A DNA stretch of 64,000 bases from Octopus vulgaris (GCA_951406725.2 OX597840.1:36890001-36954000); one strand, 5' to 3'. Counted from the first letter of the stretch, positions 1 through 12,376 are shown. The notes: generated by a model not told the origin, from the letters alone. Translations and numbers: made by a program.

Positions 1-374
1 GTAAGCGGTGGGTAGGGGGAAATCACAGAGGGGTGGGTGATGAACGGGTGAATGGTGAGAAGATATGTGTGCAGAAGAAAAGATTCAGAGGCAGAGAATA
101 AAGAAAATACATAATGTCCGATACTGATAGGTTTCATGGTATACATACACACGCACACACATATATACACACACACATATATATATATGTACATACATAC
201 ACACATACACATATATATACATACACACACGCATATATATATATGCATCAATTCATACACACACATACACGTATATCTGTATGTATGCAAGTAGACATGT
301 ATGTATGCTTGTGAGTATATATCTATATATCGTTATATAGGTGTGTTTATATATATATGCACATATATACATTC

Positions 375-417
<43 letters not shown>

Positions 418-1557
418 CTCACACATAGACACACACAAGTACATATATATAACATTCTGAATACATTAACATGTATACATTAATGAGCTTCATAAATCTG
501 CTGTATTCGTCTCCAGAAAACTTTTCTTACACGGGCACAGCGCTAAAAAGGACGTAAGAGTATCGGTAGCAGACGAAAATCGTCCGGCTTACGTATCAAG
601 AAAGTGAGAGAGTGAGGTGGGGGTAGGGGTGAGAGAGCAAAGACATGATATTGTTGATAGCAGTAGCAGAGGTAGAAAAATAAATGAATATTATTGTGGA
701 TGTGACTGTGAAAATACATCGACACACACATATATATATATGCAGAGAGACACAGACAGACATAGTTATAACTTGAGAAGTCGGTGCTCACAAATACCGT
801 CCGTAAAATAATTGTTAGGAGACGCATTGATATAAATTTCAGCCAACAGCCATTAAACCTACAAAATCTAAGTTAAAGACATTATTTGTTCAGATGAAAA
901 TTACTTTCACCGTAGTGTTTCTTGATACAAAACACTCTCAAAGTTATTACCCGTATAAAAAAAGAATATATTTCAGAAACAATATCAACAGTTGGCGGCG
1001 AAATATTATGTTAGAATCCGCTCTATACTTTAAATGTTCTTATGTTGCCAGGAAATTCTTAAAAGGTCATGAATAGTAATTTTAACGCAAGACGTAAATA
1101 TGAGATATTTAATAAAAATTGCTCCAACGCGCATTACACTTGTACAATAAACGTAGTCATATTTTGGTATTATCAGATAAATACAACTTTAAGCCCGAAA
1201 ACGGAGTTCTTCGCTAATAGAAACAAATCTGCTCTCCCTTACGGCATACTACTTTGTTTATCGATCAAACGGTACTCTCTAGATGACAATGGAGAAACGA
1301 ATAGATATGTGACATCGATAACGTTAAATATCCATCTCTCTACAATATTTACATGTATATAGATATGCATAGATACATCCATATGTATATATAAATAAGT
1401 ATACACATTCACACACACACACACACATATATAGAAATATATATATATAAATATATATGCAATCTATCTATCTTTCTTCCTATCCATCTATCTATTTTTC
1501 TATCTTCCTATCTATCTCTCTCTCTCTATCTATCAATCTTCCTGTCTATCTATCACC

Positions 1558-1592
<35 letters not shown>

Positions 1593-1932
1593 CTCTCTCT
1601 CCATCTATCTATCTATCTATATGCCTATGCGAGTGTGCATGAGTGCATCTAGTAGTATCTGAGAGTGTATAGGATTAGGCCTTGCTATGGTAACTTTCCT
1701 ACCTCCACCATTAACACTCCCTTCTCACACCTTCACCCCCTACCATGACCAGATGCCTCTTAAAGTACATTCTCATATGTGAGTTAATAAGGCCAAGTGG
1801 CTCGCGTAATGATAACAGCTTAATAATACACCTTTACCTTAGACAAAGCATGAAAAGCCAGTTACTTTACCTACGTTCATTTCCTTTCACATTTAGAGAT
1901 ATAAATACACACACACACACACACATCAACAT

Positions 1933-2231
1933 CTTTTACTCTTTTACTTGTTTCAGTCATTTGACTGCGGCCATGCAGTCGAGCCCGGGACTTATTCTAT
2001 CGGTCTCTTTTGCCGAACCGCTAAGTGTTGTCAGGCAATGCTAGGGGGACAAACACAGACACACAAACATATACACACATAATTATATATATATATACAT
2101 ATATACAACGGGCTTCTTTCAGTTTCCGTCTACCAAATCCACTCACAAGGCAAGATGCCACGCAGTGGGACTGAACCCGGAACCATGTGGTTGGTTAGCA
2201 AGCTACTTACCACACAACCAATCCTGCGCCT
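1933..2231 (-). mobile_element. tRNA-derived SINE family B (CORE-like), internally deleted copy
   Basis: Reverse complement matches the full copies at 8046-8440 and 43765-44180 (head aggcgcagg..tggtaagtagcttgc, tail gactgaaacaagtaaaagag); two internal segments missing. Confidence 0.85.
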
Positions 2232-2271
<40 letters not shown>

Positions 2272-2404
2272 AACAGGTGATATTTAGAGATGTTCAGTAT
2301 AGAAAAAACTTTGTAGTGCTCAATTGTCTTGAATGTAAAATAGCTGCATGGGGTAAAGAAAAGCTATAAGAGAATTCCAGGTGAGTTGATATGGAGCAAG
2401 TTCG

Positions 2405-2580
2405 GTGAAGCGAGTTAGTCAATTAGACTGACCGCATTATTCAACTGCTACTTATTTAATCGACCCCGAAAGAATAAAAAGCAAAGTCGACCTCAGCGGA
2501 GTTTGAACTCGGAAAGTAAAGAGAGACGAAATGCCGGTAAACACTTTTGCTTGGCGTTGCTAACGATTCTACGAGTTCAC
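2405..2580 (-). mobile_element. tRNA-derived SINE family A, older diverged copy
   Basis: Contains reverse complement of gagttcaaa..ccgc.gaggtcgactttgc and tttcggggtcgattaaataagta shared with the many family A copies. Confidence 0.8.
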
Positions 2581-2599
2581 TGCACAATACACAAATATT

Positions 2600-3040
2600 T
2601 TGGTTTCAAATGGTGGAGCAAGGCCAGCAATTTCGTGGGAAGACATAAATCGATTACATCGACCCCAGTGCGTAACTGGTACTTATTTAATCGACACCAA
2701 AAGAATGAAAGGCAAATTCGACCTCGGCGGAATTTGAACTCAGAACGTGAAAAGACTGACAAGATGCTACTAAACTGTTTTCCAAACATTGTAAACGATT
2801 CTTATTTCTTTATTGCCCACAAAGGGATAAACATAGAGGGGACAAGCAAGGACAGAGAAAGGGATTAAGTCGATTACATCGACGCCAGTGCGCAACTGGT
2901 ACTTATTTAATCGGCCCCGAAAGAATGAAAGACAAATTCGACCTCGGCGGAATTTGAACTCAGAACGCGAATAAGGCTGAAAAGATGCTACTAAAATGTT
3001 TTCCAAACATTGAAAACGATTCTGCCAACTCGCAGCTCCA
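2600..3040 (-). mobile_element. SINE family A locus with ~153-bp internal duplication separated by a young-type tail
   Basis: 2650-2802 and 2870-3023 are near copies sharing private mutations; 2803-2869 is the young family A tail in reverse. Confidence 0.85.
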
Positions 3041-3609
3041 TCTACAGATAGTTTGCAGTATAAATATATATGAGAGACAGAAGAGTAAACGAGAGAGAAA
3101 GAAGTGGTGGAGAGAACCGAGGAGAGAGCAAGTATCTCCAACCCTTATCAAAGACAAGATTACAGAATTAATCTTTATTTCTGAAATTCTCTGCTGCTGC
3201 TGTGTAATACAATCTAAGAATATTGTCCAAATTTAGAATTCATTTAGCAATATATTAAGATTGTAGCATACTGTGATATCGAATGGAAGAATTATGCAGG
3301 TACCAACGCATATGTATACATAACATACATACATACAATTAAATGCAAGCCTTACATATATTTATATATTAAATCATACACTATCCGTGCACACAGAACC
3401 AATCTCCCTCTCTCTCCCTCACATACACATGCGTGCGCATGTGCATAAGTATACACAATGGCGAACATAGTCTCCAGTCACTATTTATTCACATTCCTCA
3501 ATAGTATTTCAAATATGCGCGTCTACGTTCAGAAACGTATATACTGTTTGCATATTTCTTACCTAAATTCTGTATCCACATATTCAGGTATATAAGCATA
3601 TTTGCACTC

Positions 3610-3612
3610 GCA

Positions 3613-3702
<90 letters not shown>

Positions 3703-3960
3703 GCGCGACGTGCAAACAGTTTCTGCCTGCATATATTGGTGTGACCAGCACAATGAATGTATATGCATGAATGGACACATGGATCTCTGATTATTCGTGA
3801 GTGGGTGTGTATATATGTGTATATATGCGAGTGTGTGTTTCTTCTCGCGTGGCGTTGCATAAATAATTATATGGGAAACTGAAGCCATGTATGAATGCTT
3901 GTGTGTGGAATGTGCGTATAGGCACACAAACACACATATATACATATATATACACACATG

Positions 3961-3991
<31 letters not shown>

Positions 3992-4076
3992 ATATATATA
4001 TATACACACACACATATATATATATATATACATACATATACATATATATATATAACTTTCTCTACGCACACACATA

Positions 4077-4116
<40 letters not shown>

Positions 4117-4360
4117 GCTATCGCTATCTCTACCCATGCATGTGTGTGTATATATGAATATGAATGTGTGTGTATATATATGTATGTATATGTTTATGTA
4201 TATATATATATGTATGTATATGTGAGTGTACACACATGTACACACGTATATGTGTTTATGTCTGTGTGTGTGCGTGTATATATGTATATATATATATGCA
4301 TATACACACAAACAGATAGAGATATATGAGGTGTATGTGTGAGTGTGTGTGCATGGTTTG
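3610..4360. repeat. Compound (TA)n/(TG)n/(CA)n microsatellite field
   Basis: Visible dinucleotide runs with short unique interruptions. Confidence 0.95.
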
Positions 4361-4477
4361 GTGTGAGTGAGCGTGATCCTCTGTGTAACAACCTATGTAA
4401 ACCAGTGAATTGGTCTGTAAAGGAACCAGTGCGCGCACGCTTGCCTATGTATATCGGCGTCTGTTTAAATATCTCAG

Positions 4478-4581
4478 TCGAAGAAGACAAACAGCAGTTG
4501 GTAATTCCCCTAAGATTAACCAATGCCGTAATAGATCGCATCAGTTTACAACGTCTTAAGGAATTGGACGAGATCTGTCAG
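4478..4581 (+). other. Candidate exon (VEEDKQQLVIPLRLTNAVIDRISLQRLKELDEICQ)
   Basis: Non-repetitive island; acceptor aatatctcAG at 4476-4477, strong donor CAG/GTAAGC at 4582, open frame; protein not recognised. Confidence 0.25.
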
Positions 4582-5322
4582 GTAAGCTTAATTAAGTAGC
4601 AGCTCCCATGGGGTTTCGGCCTTCAAAAGGGAACACTGTCCGGAATTGGTCAAGTTGAAAGCATTTGATTTATAGCGGTTAGCCCTTAACAGAGCTGCAT
4701 ATAGAAACACTCTTGTGCTTGCCACATACACAGACACATTGATATGCACACACACTCACACAGACAGACACAGATAAGTGTGCGTTGAAAGCATATATGT
4801 ATATACATAGATGTATATATACGTTCATATATATCTTTACATATAAACACCTACGTGTATATCTATATCTGTCTGTCTATATGATATGATGATGTAATGC
4901 TATGAGAGATGTGATATGAAATATATGCTAATTATAATAATAATGGTTATTTCTAATACAGTTGTTGAGAATGAAATAATGTAAGGCAGTAAATTTCTAA
5001 TTTCGGCACAAGGCCAGACAATTTGCAGAAGAGTTCTGTGCATTAAACAGGCCCAAGTAAATGACTGGTACTAAATTTTCAAATCTCAGAGGTATAAAAG
5101 GGAATGTTGAAGTCAGCGACATTCGAAATTAGGTGGTTAAAAAGCGAGCTTCTTAGCCACATAAACGCACCTGCGCCAATACATTATTTTGTCGAAGAGG
5201 GACGGCGTCGGCGGGATCTGAACTCAGGATATGAAAGTGATGGCACACGGGCAAACACCTTGAAATGAGAAAAACGAGGTCAAAGTAAAAACAGAGAAAA
5301 AATTGGTCCCCACATCAAGTTT

Positions 5323-5510
5323 AATATTTATTATTAATGATGTCAAATGTTAGCACAAGGCCAACAAATCGATTACATCGGCCCCCAGTGCGTAACTGGT
5401 ACTTATTTTATCGACCGCAAGAAGATGAAAGGCAAAGTCGACCTCGGCGGAATTTGAAATCAAAGACGGACGAAATGCCGCAATTAATTTTGCCCGGCGC
5501 GGTAATGGTT
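5323..5510 (-). mobile_element. SINE family A copy
   Basis: Family A body in reverse; flanked by a 16-bp near-direct repeat tcccc(a/g)catcaagttt at 5307-5322 and 5560-5575. Confidence 0.8.
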
Positions 5511-5872
5511 CTTCCACTTTACCTCCCTACTTCCTTTTAAATAAGAATGAAGAACCAAATCCCCGCATCAAGTTTCATAATGTAGCGCTCCATTAAAAAG
5601 TGAAACTTGATTCGTGTTGGGGGGGGGTCTATATCTTTACTATTTTGATTTTCCATCTCGTTTTCTAAGTTGTTTATTTAACAACATTCGACGGGTTTTC
5701 TCATGCGCCCCCACAAATAGCCGGGGAGAAATCTAGAACACGTGGTATCTGACACTTTAACGATTATACCAATCCAACGCGTTTGAGAATAATAATAATA
5801 GTAATAATAATAACAATAGTAATAACAACAACAACAATAATAATGATAATAATAATAATAATAATAATAATA

Positions 5873-6427
5873 AATGCCCTGATGCAGTACCAGGCAGTGG
5901 CTCTCATGGCTTCTGATCTTAACTGATTGGAAGTGTTATCATGTACATTGTTTTGTCTTGGTATAAAAGATGGGCTACAGCAAATATTCTGCTCAATACC
6001 ACATATTTGCTGGTCAGTTGTTTGACCTTAACCAGTTGAGCATGTCCCTTAGTGGCTGACGATATGTGCATCTCTGATCACGAGCAGAAGTAGTGGGGGA
6101 GCATCATAGCCATGTGTTGAGAGGGATTCTTTGGGGTTTGAATAATTCACCTCTGGAAACATGGGTGGTTTTTCAACATCCTTAAACAACTCTTATTCAG
6201 GGACCGTTTGAGCGGGATGGGCTACTCAACCTGAAGAAAATTCTAACTGGGCCTCACCCGCAGGTCATGTGCTGTTTATCTTGATATGAGATCACCATGT
6301 CGCGCACATATGGTTGTGATGCATGTGCCTAGTGTACCCTTATCAGACGGGTAGTCATGATGGGTATATTGGGCTTCGTATATTTTACCCCAGTGTCACT
6401 TTGATGGCATGCACTACTCTCTCACTC
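5873..6427. mobile_element. Family C: ~555-bp non-coding interspersed element inserted in (AAT)n, complete copy
   Basis: Highly similar copies at 34391-34870 and 40690-41220; (AAT)n on both sides; no tRNA boxes, TIRs or recognisable ORF. Confidence 0.9.
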
Positions 6428-7082
6428 AATAATAATAATAATTTTCCATTTAGTCACAAGGGCAATAAACTTGAAGGGGGAGCGTCTTTGTCGACGATGA
6501 AGCAATCATGGTGGATTCTATTATGCGGTACAACATCCATTTTGGAAAACTGACCGATCAATTATTGAACCGGTATCGATTTATTTTGTCGATCAATGAC
6601 CGTGAGAGACAAAGTCTAGTTCGGTGCTCACCTTTCATATAAAACTCACGAAGATAGAGAACATGTATTGTCGATACCAGAAATTGACTGGTGATAAAAG
6701 AAGCTATGTAAATATTTTTGTCCAGATTCACATTGGCAGAAGACAAGGTAACAGAACTGTAAACTGAAGCAGCGATGTCGTTTCGTTCCCAAGCTAAATA
6801 TATTCCATAACATTTTTTTTTATTCACTATTCTGCAAGTCATCAACATCAAACGGCTCCATTTACCTTCTCTGAATATATTGAAGAACTTTGTGTCTGCT
6901 AGAGAAAGCAATAATTCAAGATAAAAACGAAACAGCTTCGTGGATAACAAACGAACCGAAAACAGTACGTATACACATAAATCAATCTCTTTCCCTCTTT
7001 CTTCACCACTCTCTTTTTTTCTCTCTCTCTCTTTCTGTATACATACGTGTGCATACAAATATTGCACGAATAAACGTGTGTT

Positions 7083-7134
<52 letters not shown>

Positions 7135-7623
7135 TTTATGTATGTGTGGGTGTATAATATAATAAGATAAAAAAGGGAACGAGAAAATTATGTCATGACG
7201 TCCATTCGCTTGCGGCTGTTTCTGCTGTATGATGCAATGCACGCATTTTTTCCGCTGTATGATGTAATGTACTCAAAATCAAATGTCTGTGCAGCGTCAG
7301 AACTTTGTTATTCGATCCGTCTTCTTTAGTTTATAATTGAAGCATATACATTCAAGTGTTTACTTACACACTTATGCAAACACACACACCACGAAAAAGA
7401 TCAAATGTCCTTTCCGAGCCATAATTTCATAAGACTAGTCATATATGGCGCACCATGGCCCACTCTAGCAAAGAGTTATTATTGTTGGAGACATATCCGG
7501 GTGTAGGAGATTGGGGCCGGGATTTTTGGAAGAAATTTGTTTGTGAACATTTGAATTTTATGGGATCCGGTTCCGTTTTGGCGTATTTTGGAATCGTATT
7601 AAAGAGAGCTGGGCCTGTTATGT

Positions 7624-7667
<44 letters not shown>

Positions 7668-7669
<2 letters not shown>

Positions 7670-7766
7670 GAGTAAACATATAATTCTAGCAAAAACTGTC
7701 CGATGAACGGCAACGGGAAACTCAGAGTAACAGGTTTTGTTGAATTTTCTGCTGCTTTTAAATAAA

Positions 7767-7769
<3 letters not shown>
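7668..7769 (+). mobile_element. Penelope-like terminal remnant in (TA)n carrying a hammerhead motif
   Basis: About 100 bp of unique sequence between two (TA)n runs, containing a minimal hammerhead architecture. Confidence 0.6.
7696..7733 (+). ncRNA. Minimal type-I hammerhead ribozyme motif (U4C core variant)
   Basis: CTGT-CCGATGA-A-CG(GCAA)CG-G-GAA-ACTC(A)GAGT-A-ACAG: stem I CTGT/ACAG, GNRA-capped stem II, quasi-palindromic stem III, GUA cleavage triplet. Confidence 0.65.
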
Positions 7770-7817
<48 letters not shown>

Positions 7818-7820
<3 letters not shown>

Positions 7821-7858
7821 GAGAGTTTACGAAAAAACAACAAAAGACGAAGACAGGT
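7818..7858 (-). mobile_element. 3'-terminal ~40 bp of Penelope-like family D1 abutting (TA)n
   Basis: agggagagtttacgaaaaaacaacaaaagacgaagacaggt matches the ends of the D1 copies at 8983-9130 and 60915-61062. Confidence 0.55.
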
Positions 7859-8045
7859 ATATATCTGAGCGTTGGGTTACACCCACACTTACAAGCTGTG
7901 CATACATTTATGTATGTACATATGTCTCCAATCAGCAGCAACTACAACAGCAACAATAATGATAATACTAAGAAACATAGTAATAAAATTAATGAAATTG
8001 TTACCTATTCTTAACAACGAAATCATTATATATATATATATATAT

Positions 8046-8437
8046 ACTCTTTTACTCTTTTACTTGTTTCAGTCATTTGACTGCGGCCATGCTGGAGCAC
8101 CGCATTTAGTCGAGCAAATCGACCCCGGGACTTATTCTTTGTAAGCCCAGTACTTATTCTATCGGTCTCTTTTGCCGAACCGCTAAGTGACGGGGACGTA
8201 AACACACCAGCATCGGTTGTCAAGCAATGCTAGGGGGACAAACACAGACACACACACACATATATATATATATACACGACAGGCTTCTTTCAGTTTTCGT
8301 CTACCAAATCCACTCACAAGGCATTGATCGGCCTGGGGCTATAGCAGAAGACACTTGCCCAAGATGCCACGCTGTGGGACTGAACCCGGAACCATGTGGT
8401 TGGTTAGCAAGCTACTTACCACACAGCCACTCCTGCG

Positions 8438-8440
<3 letters not shown>
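8046..8440 (-). mobile_element. tRNA-derived SINE family B (CORE-like), full length, in (TA)n
   Basis: A-box tggctgtgtggta, B-box ggttcagtccc, CORE-like cttgggcaagtg, internal (TA)n(TG)n, tail (gtaaaaga)n. Confidence 0.9.
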
Positions 8441-8479
<39 letters not shown>

Positions 8480-8914
8480 GAAAAGAATATTACAAACATT
8501 GCTGTTGTTGTTATCTTTATGTGTCGCAGTGGAAATAGCAGTAGTAGTAGTAGTAGTAGTAGTATTTTTCTTACAATAGAAAAAAAAAGCTGTCGCGAAA
8601 CTGTTGACGTTGAAATTGTGTGATGTCTGTTTCGTTCATTAGATGTGATTCTGTTATTTTCGATAACTGTAGACACATCACCTACCGTTGATTTTACAGA
8701 GTAAAGAAACAGACACGTCACGAAGCATCTCGTAAATGTCCACCATAGGATATACAGAGATTATATATATGTGTATATATATATATATGCATAGATACAC
8801 ACGGTCTCATATACGTGCGTAAGTGTACAGGCAAATACATATGATAGACATAAATGATATATATATATATATATATCATACGTTTGTACACAGTTATTTA
8901 TACATATACTGTAT

Positions 8915-8982
<68 letters not shown>

Positions 8983-8984
<2 letters not shown>

Positions 8985-9130
8985 CAAAAGACCACGACAG
9001 GTGTTGTAGACAACAAACAGATGTATTAGTGTAACGCACGGGAAGTGAAAAAGTCTTTAACGTTTCGAGCCCGCGCTCTTCCACAGAAAGGAACACAGAA
9101 AGAAACAAGGAGAGAAAATAAAGAGGTGTA
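8983..9130 (-). mobile_element. Penelope-like remnant family D1 with hammerhead motif at 9055-9090
   Basis: Homologous to 60915-61062; minus strand reads CTTT-CTGTGGA-A-GAGC(GCGG)GCTC-GAAACGTT-AAAG; 3' end abuts (TA)n. Confidence 0.7.
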
Positions 9131-9230
9131 CTCATATATTTATACAGATATATATAGATATATATATATATATATATAGGGAGATGTACTCGCATAGCAA
9201 GTGATTTGATCTTGCAGCCTAGAAGGTGTT

Positions 9231-9270
<40 letters not shown>

Positions 9271-9579
9271 CTTATTTGTGTGTGTGTGTGTGCAAGTATA
9301 CTTGTATTTCTATATCTTATGATTTACATTTACGAATATATTTGAAGCCGAGTATAAATGAAAAGTCATGAACGGAATAATTCTATTCGATTATCCGGCT
9401 GATCCGAACTGAAGTAATTTCAATTCCACGTAAATGCAATTCAACCAGATCTACATAAGAAACCGAAGTTATGATAAACAGTATCTACAAATTAGAAGGT
9501 CAAGAAGCTGATAAGCTATTAGTACTTTTCATGTGTTGTATCTGGGATTGACGCACAACACTTTTATAGAACGTACATT

Positions 9580-9666
9580 GTTTGAGCGTCAGACAAAAGT
9601 TCGCAGATTATGTTCCAATTCAGTGCACTATGTTCAATCTGCGAACATTTTGTCTGACGCTCAAAC
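9580..9666. repeat. Near-perfect 30-bp inverted repeat with 26-nt loop
   Basis: gtttgagcgtcagacaaaagttcgcagatt / aatctgcgaacattttgtctgacgctcaaac, one bulged base. Confidence 0.9.
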
Positions 9667-11239
9667 GTTACATTCAGTCCGTTTCCTGTTTGCATCCAAA
9701 GGCACAAAGTTCATAAGCAGAACCTTTTGCATAGCCAAAGTTCATAAGCAGATTGGCAATACAAAAGGTTCGTCATATACTCTTTCTTTCTAGAACAAAA
9801 GCTGCTGGCCCCAGAGCCGTTGAATGCGCCCCCTATGTGTTTCTTTGAATCTATAGACATGGTAGTTATACTCCCTCAAATCACTCACTATAGTCTGAAT
9901 AAAAGGGTACATATTACAATGCGGTTCTTAGCTCCTTACATGCAGAGAATATGGGACAACCACATCTGATCAAGGGTCGGTTCGATCCGAAATTATCTGG
10001 GACTAAACAGCCACAACAACACTATCAGCAGCAGCAGTAACAATGGGATATCGCCCAGGGTTGACCCTACGACACGTCACCTTGGATCAGTGTATTCTAC
10101 TCCGGGGGTCGGTGATGCATGGCTTTAGAATGAAAGTCCATAGACGGAATATGTGTGAACGGATGACCGTTAGGCTGTAGATTTTATTGGGTGGGGATCT
10201 TTATCTCCCCTCATCTACCAATAGATCTCTGGTTGTCTCTTTATTAGAGTCACTCTCATGTCATCATTTGGTCCAGTTTCTGGTCTGAGAACGATTAAAG
10301 GTCAAATGAGCTAAGGGAAATGACTCAAATAGACCCATGTTAGAAATTTAAATCAATTAACGTATGATTTAGTGAATGCTGAACTTGCAAAAAATTTCTA
10401 ATTCCTCTGCTTTTTTTTATACTCTTTCTTTTTCGGAAATAAAACTAATTCTAAGTAGCATTTGTTAACAACTTTTAAAGAAAAGAGAAAACACTTTTAA
10501 GAACAATTAAGAATTAATTTCTTGGAGTTAATTTACATACTAAGTGGAGGGAGAACCTAATTTTTGGTTGGAGGAAACTAAGGAACTGTTTCGGTCTATT
10601 GCTCATCAGATATTAAAGATAACTCGTTCTCTTGATATGCACATCTTGATCATTAATTGTAAGTACTTTTGCTTTATTTTTCTCTCGCTTTAGCATCCCC
10701 TGCGTAGGCGTTATCCTCATCACGTGAATAAGCCATAAAAACTGTATATATTATATCTACGATTGTATCAAATTTATCCAATTTGGTCTTTTTTTTTTTT
10801 TAAAGCGGCTGTAATTTAAGTCTCGTCAGCTGTCTGTTGCAGTGAATAGTTTAAATTAATTAGTCATTATGAATCTGATTGCACTTAGATATCTTTCGTT
10901 ATACTGATGGCTTAAAAAAGTTGAACAAAATACCAAAACACAGCAAAGTATAATGTTGTGGAGTCTGTTCATCGTTAACATGATGTAGTTTGACGAAAGC
11001 TTTGACTAAATTTACCCTCGTAACGAGGAAAAAAAAGGAAAAAGATAAACATTATTTGAAAAGATCGATTCTACCCAAGGAAAACAGGGGAGGTTGCCGC
11101 AGAATTTAAATTACGTAAAAATAGAAAACAGGTAAATTTGATATAGATTTGGCTGCTAATACTAGCAAGTCAAACGATCGCGTAGAGACAGACGCGTTCG
11201 TTTGAGCTCTTTAGCTGTAATTAAGGAAGTGTTTTAATT

Positions 11240-11520
11240 AAAAAGATGTGAAGGTAAAACCAAACAAACAAAAGCGCTATTACATCGATTTTTCTTGTGC
11301 TTTGTGATATAAAAGAAAACGATTTTATATCTTCAAATATGAACTGCACTAACCAAATTTTTGTGGCGAAAGACGAAGAATCAATGGAACGGTGCTGCAT
11401 AAAATGGTTGCAAGAATTCCATTTTATTAGAGAATAAACCATCGTCCGTTATGTGTAATAAATGAAGATATATGTTCATTTATTGCCCAACAGAAATCTA
11501 AACAACAACTCACCAAGCTA
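11240..11520 (+). mobile_element. Possible highly decayed mariner transposase N-terminal fragment
   Basis: gaacggtgctgcataaaatggttgcaagaattc reads ERCCIKWLQEF, resembling the mariner HTH motif ERTxxxWFxxF; the rest is heavily degraded. Confidence 0.3.
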
Positions 11521-12166
11521 ACGTCTTCTTTTTAAACAATAAGTCAATATATTCGATAATAAAAATCTTAATATTTCATAATTTATTGTGGAGAACATAA
11601 AAAGAAAATTTATTGATTCAAATATTTCCATTTTTATTAAATTTTATTTCCTATACATCTTGTCAAACTTCCTTTTATACTTTTATCTTCCTTTTCACAA
11701 GAGAATCCTAACAAAACCGTCTTAGATTTCTTATAACCAACGACTTGATTCTTCTTAGTATTAATTTTGCCGTCGTCAATAATAATAATAATAATATTAA
11801 AAAACAACATTTGTGGACTGTTGTAATAACGTTTAATTGCGGGACACTAATCGAATTCATCAAAATATATATTTGATGGAGACAGTGTTGGTTATGTGTT
11901 TACTTCGCATATATGTTGTTTTGTGTTCGGTCCCAAGGCCTGGCACCACTTAGAGCCAGTGTCTTTTACCGTAAGATCTGATCAGACAAAGTCTGATGAA
12001 TATCTATATGAAACTATCTTTACGGTAAAATTATGCATCAAAAGATAATCAGACTAATTTGGAAAGAAGCTCAATATATTTGCGTAAGACACATTTTCAA
12101 CTTAAATGGCAAATGTTGTCGTCTTCGGAGTTACGCAGATGTTTGAGTTCATCAGTATAAAATAAT

Positions 12167-12287
12167 ATCTATCTGTTTGTCTATCTATCTATCTGTCTAT
12201 CTATCTATCTGTCTATTTGTCTATCTATCTATCTATCTATCTATCTGTCTATTTGTCTATCTATCTATCTATCTATCTGTCTATTTT

Positions 12288-12355
<68 letters not shown>

Positions 12356-12376
12356 CCTATCTATCTATCTATCTAC

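Noticed and set aside
2372-2386. Strong donor-like CAG/GTGAGT
   Set aside because: No matching acceptor or open frame; squeezed between SINE copies
5567-5611. 11+5-bp interrupted hairpin atcaagtttca-taatg..catta-aaaag-tgaaacttgat
   Set aside because: Short, with an asymmetric bulge and no second copy or functional context
10585-10609. Minus-strand CTGATGA..GAAAC
   Set aside because: Stem II has one pair and stem I none; a few such hits are expected by chance in 64 kb
11993-12018. ctgatga-atatctatat-gaaac hammerhead-like string
   Set aside because: Stems I and III do not pair, and it lies in a decayed family B SINE segment; likely chance
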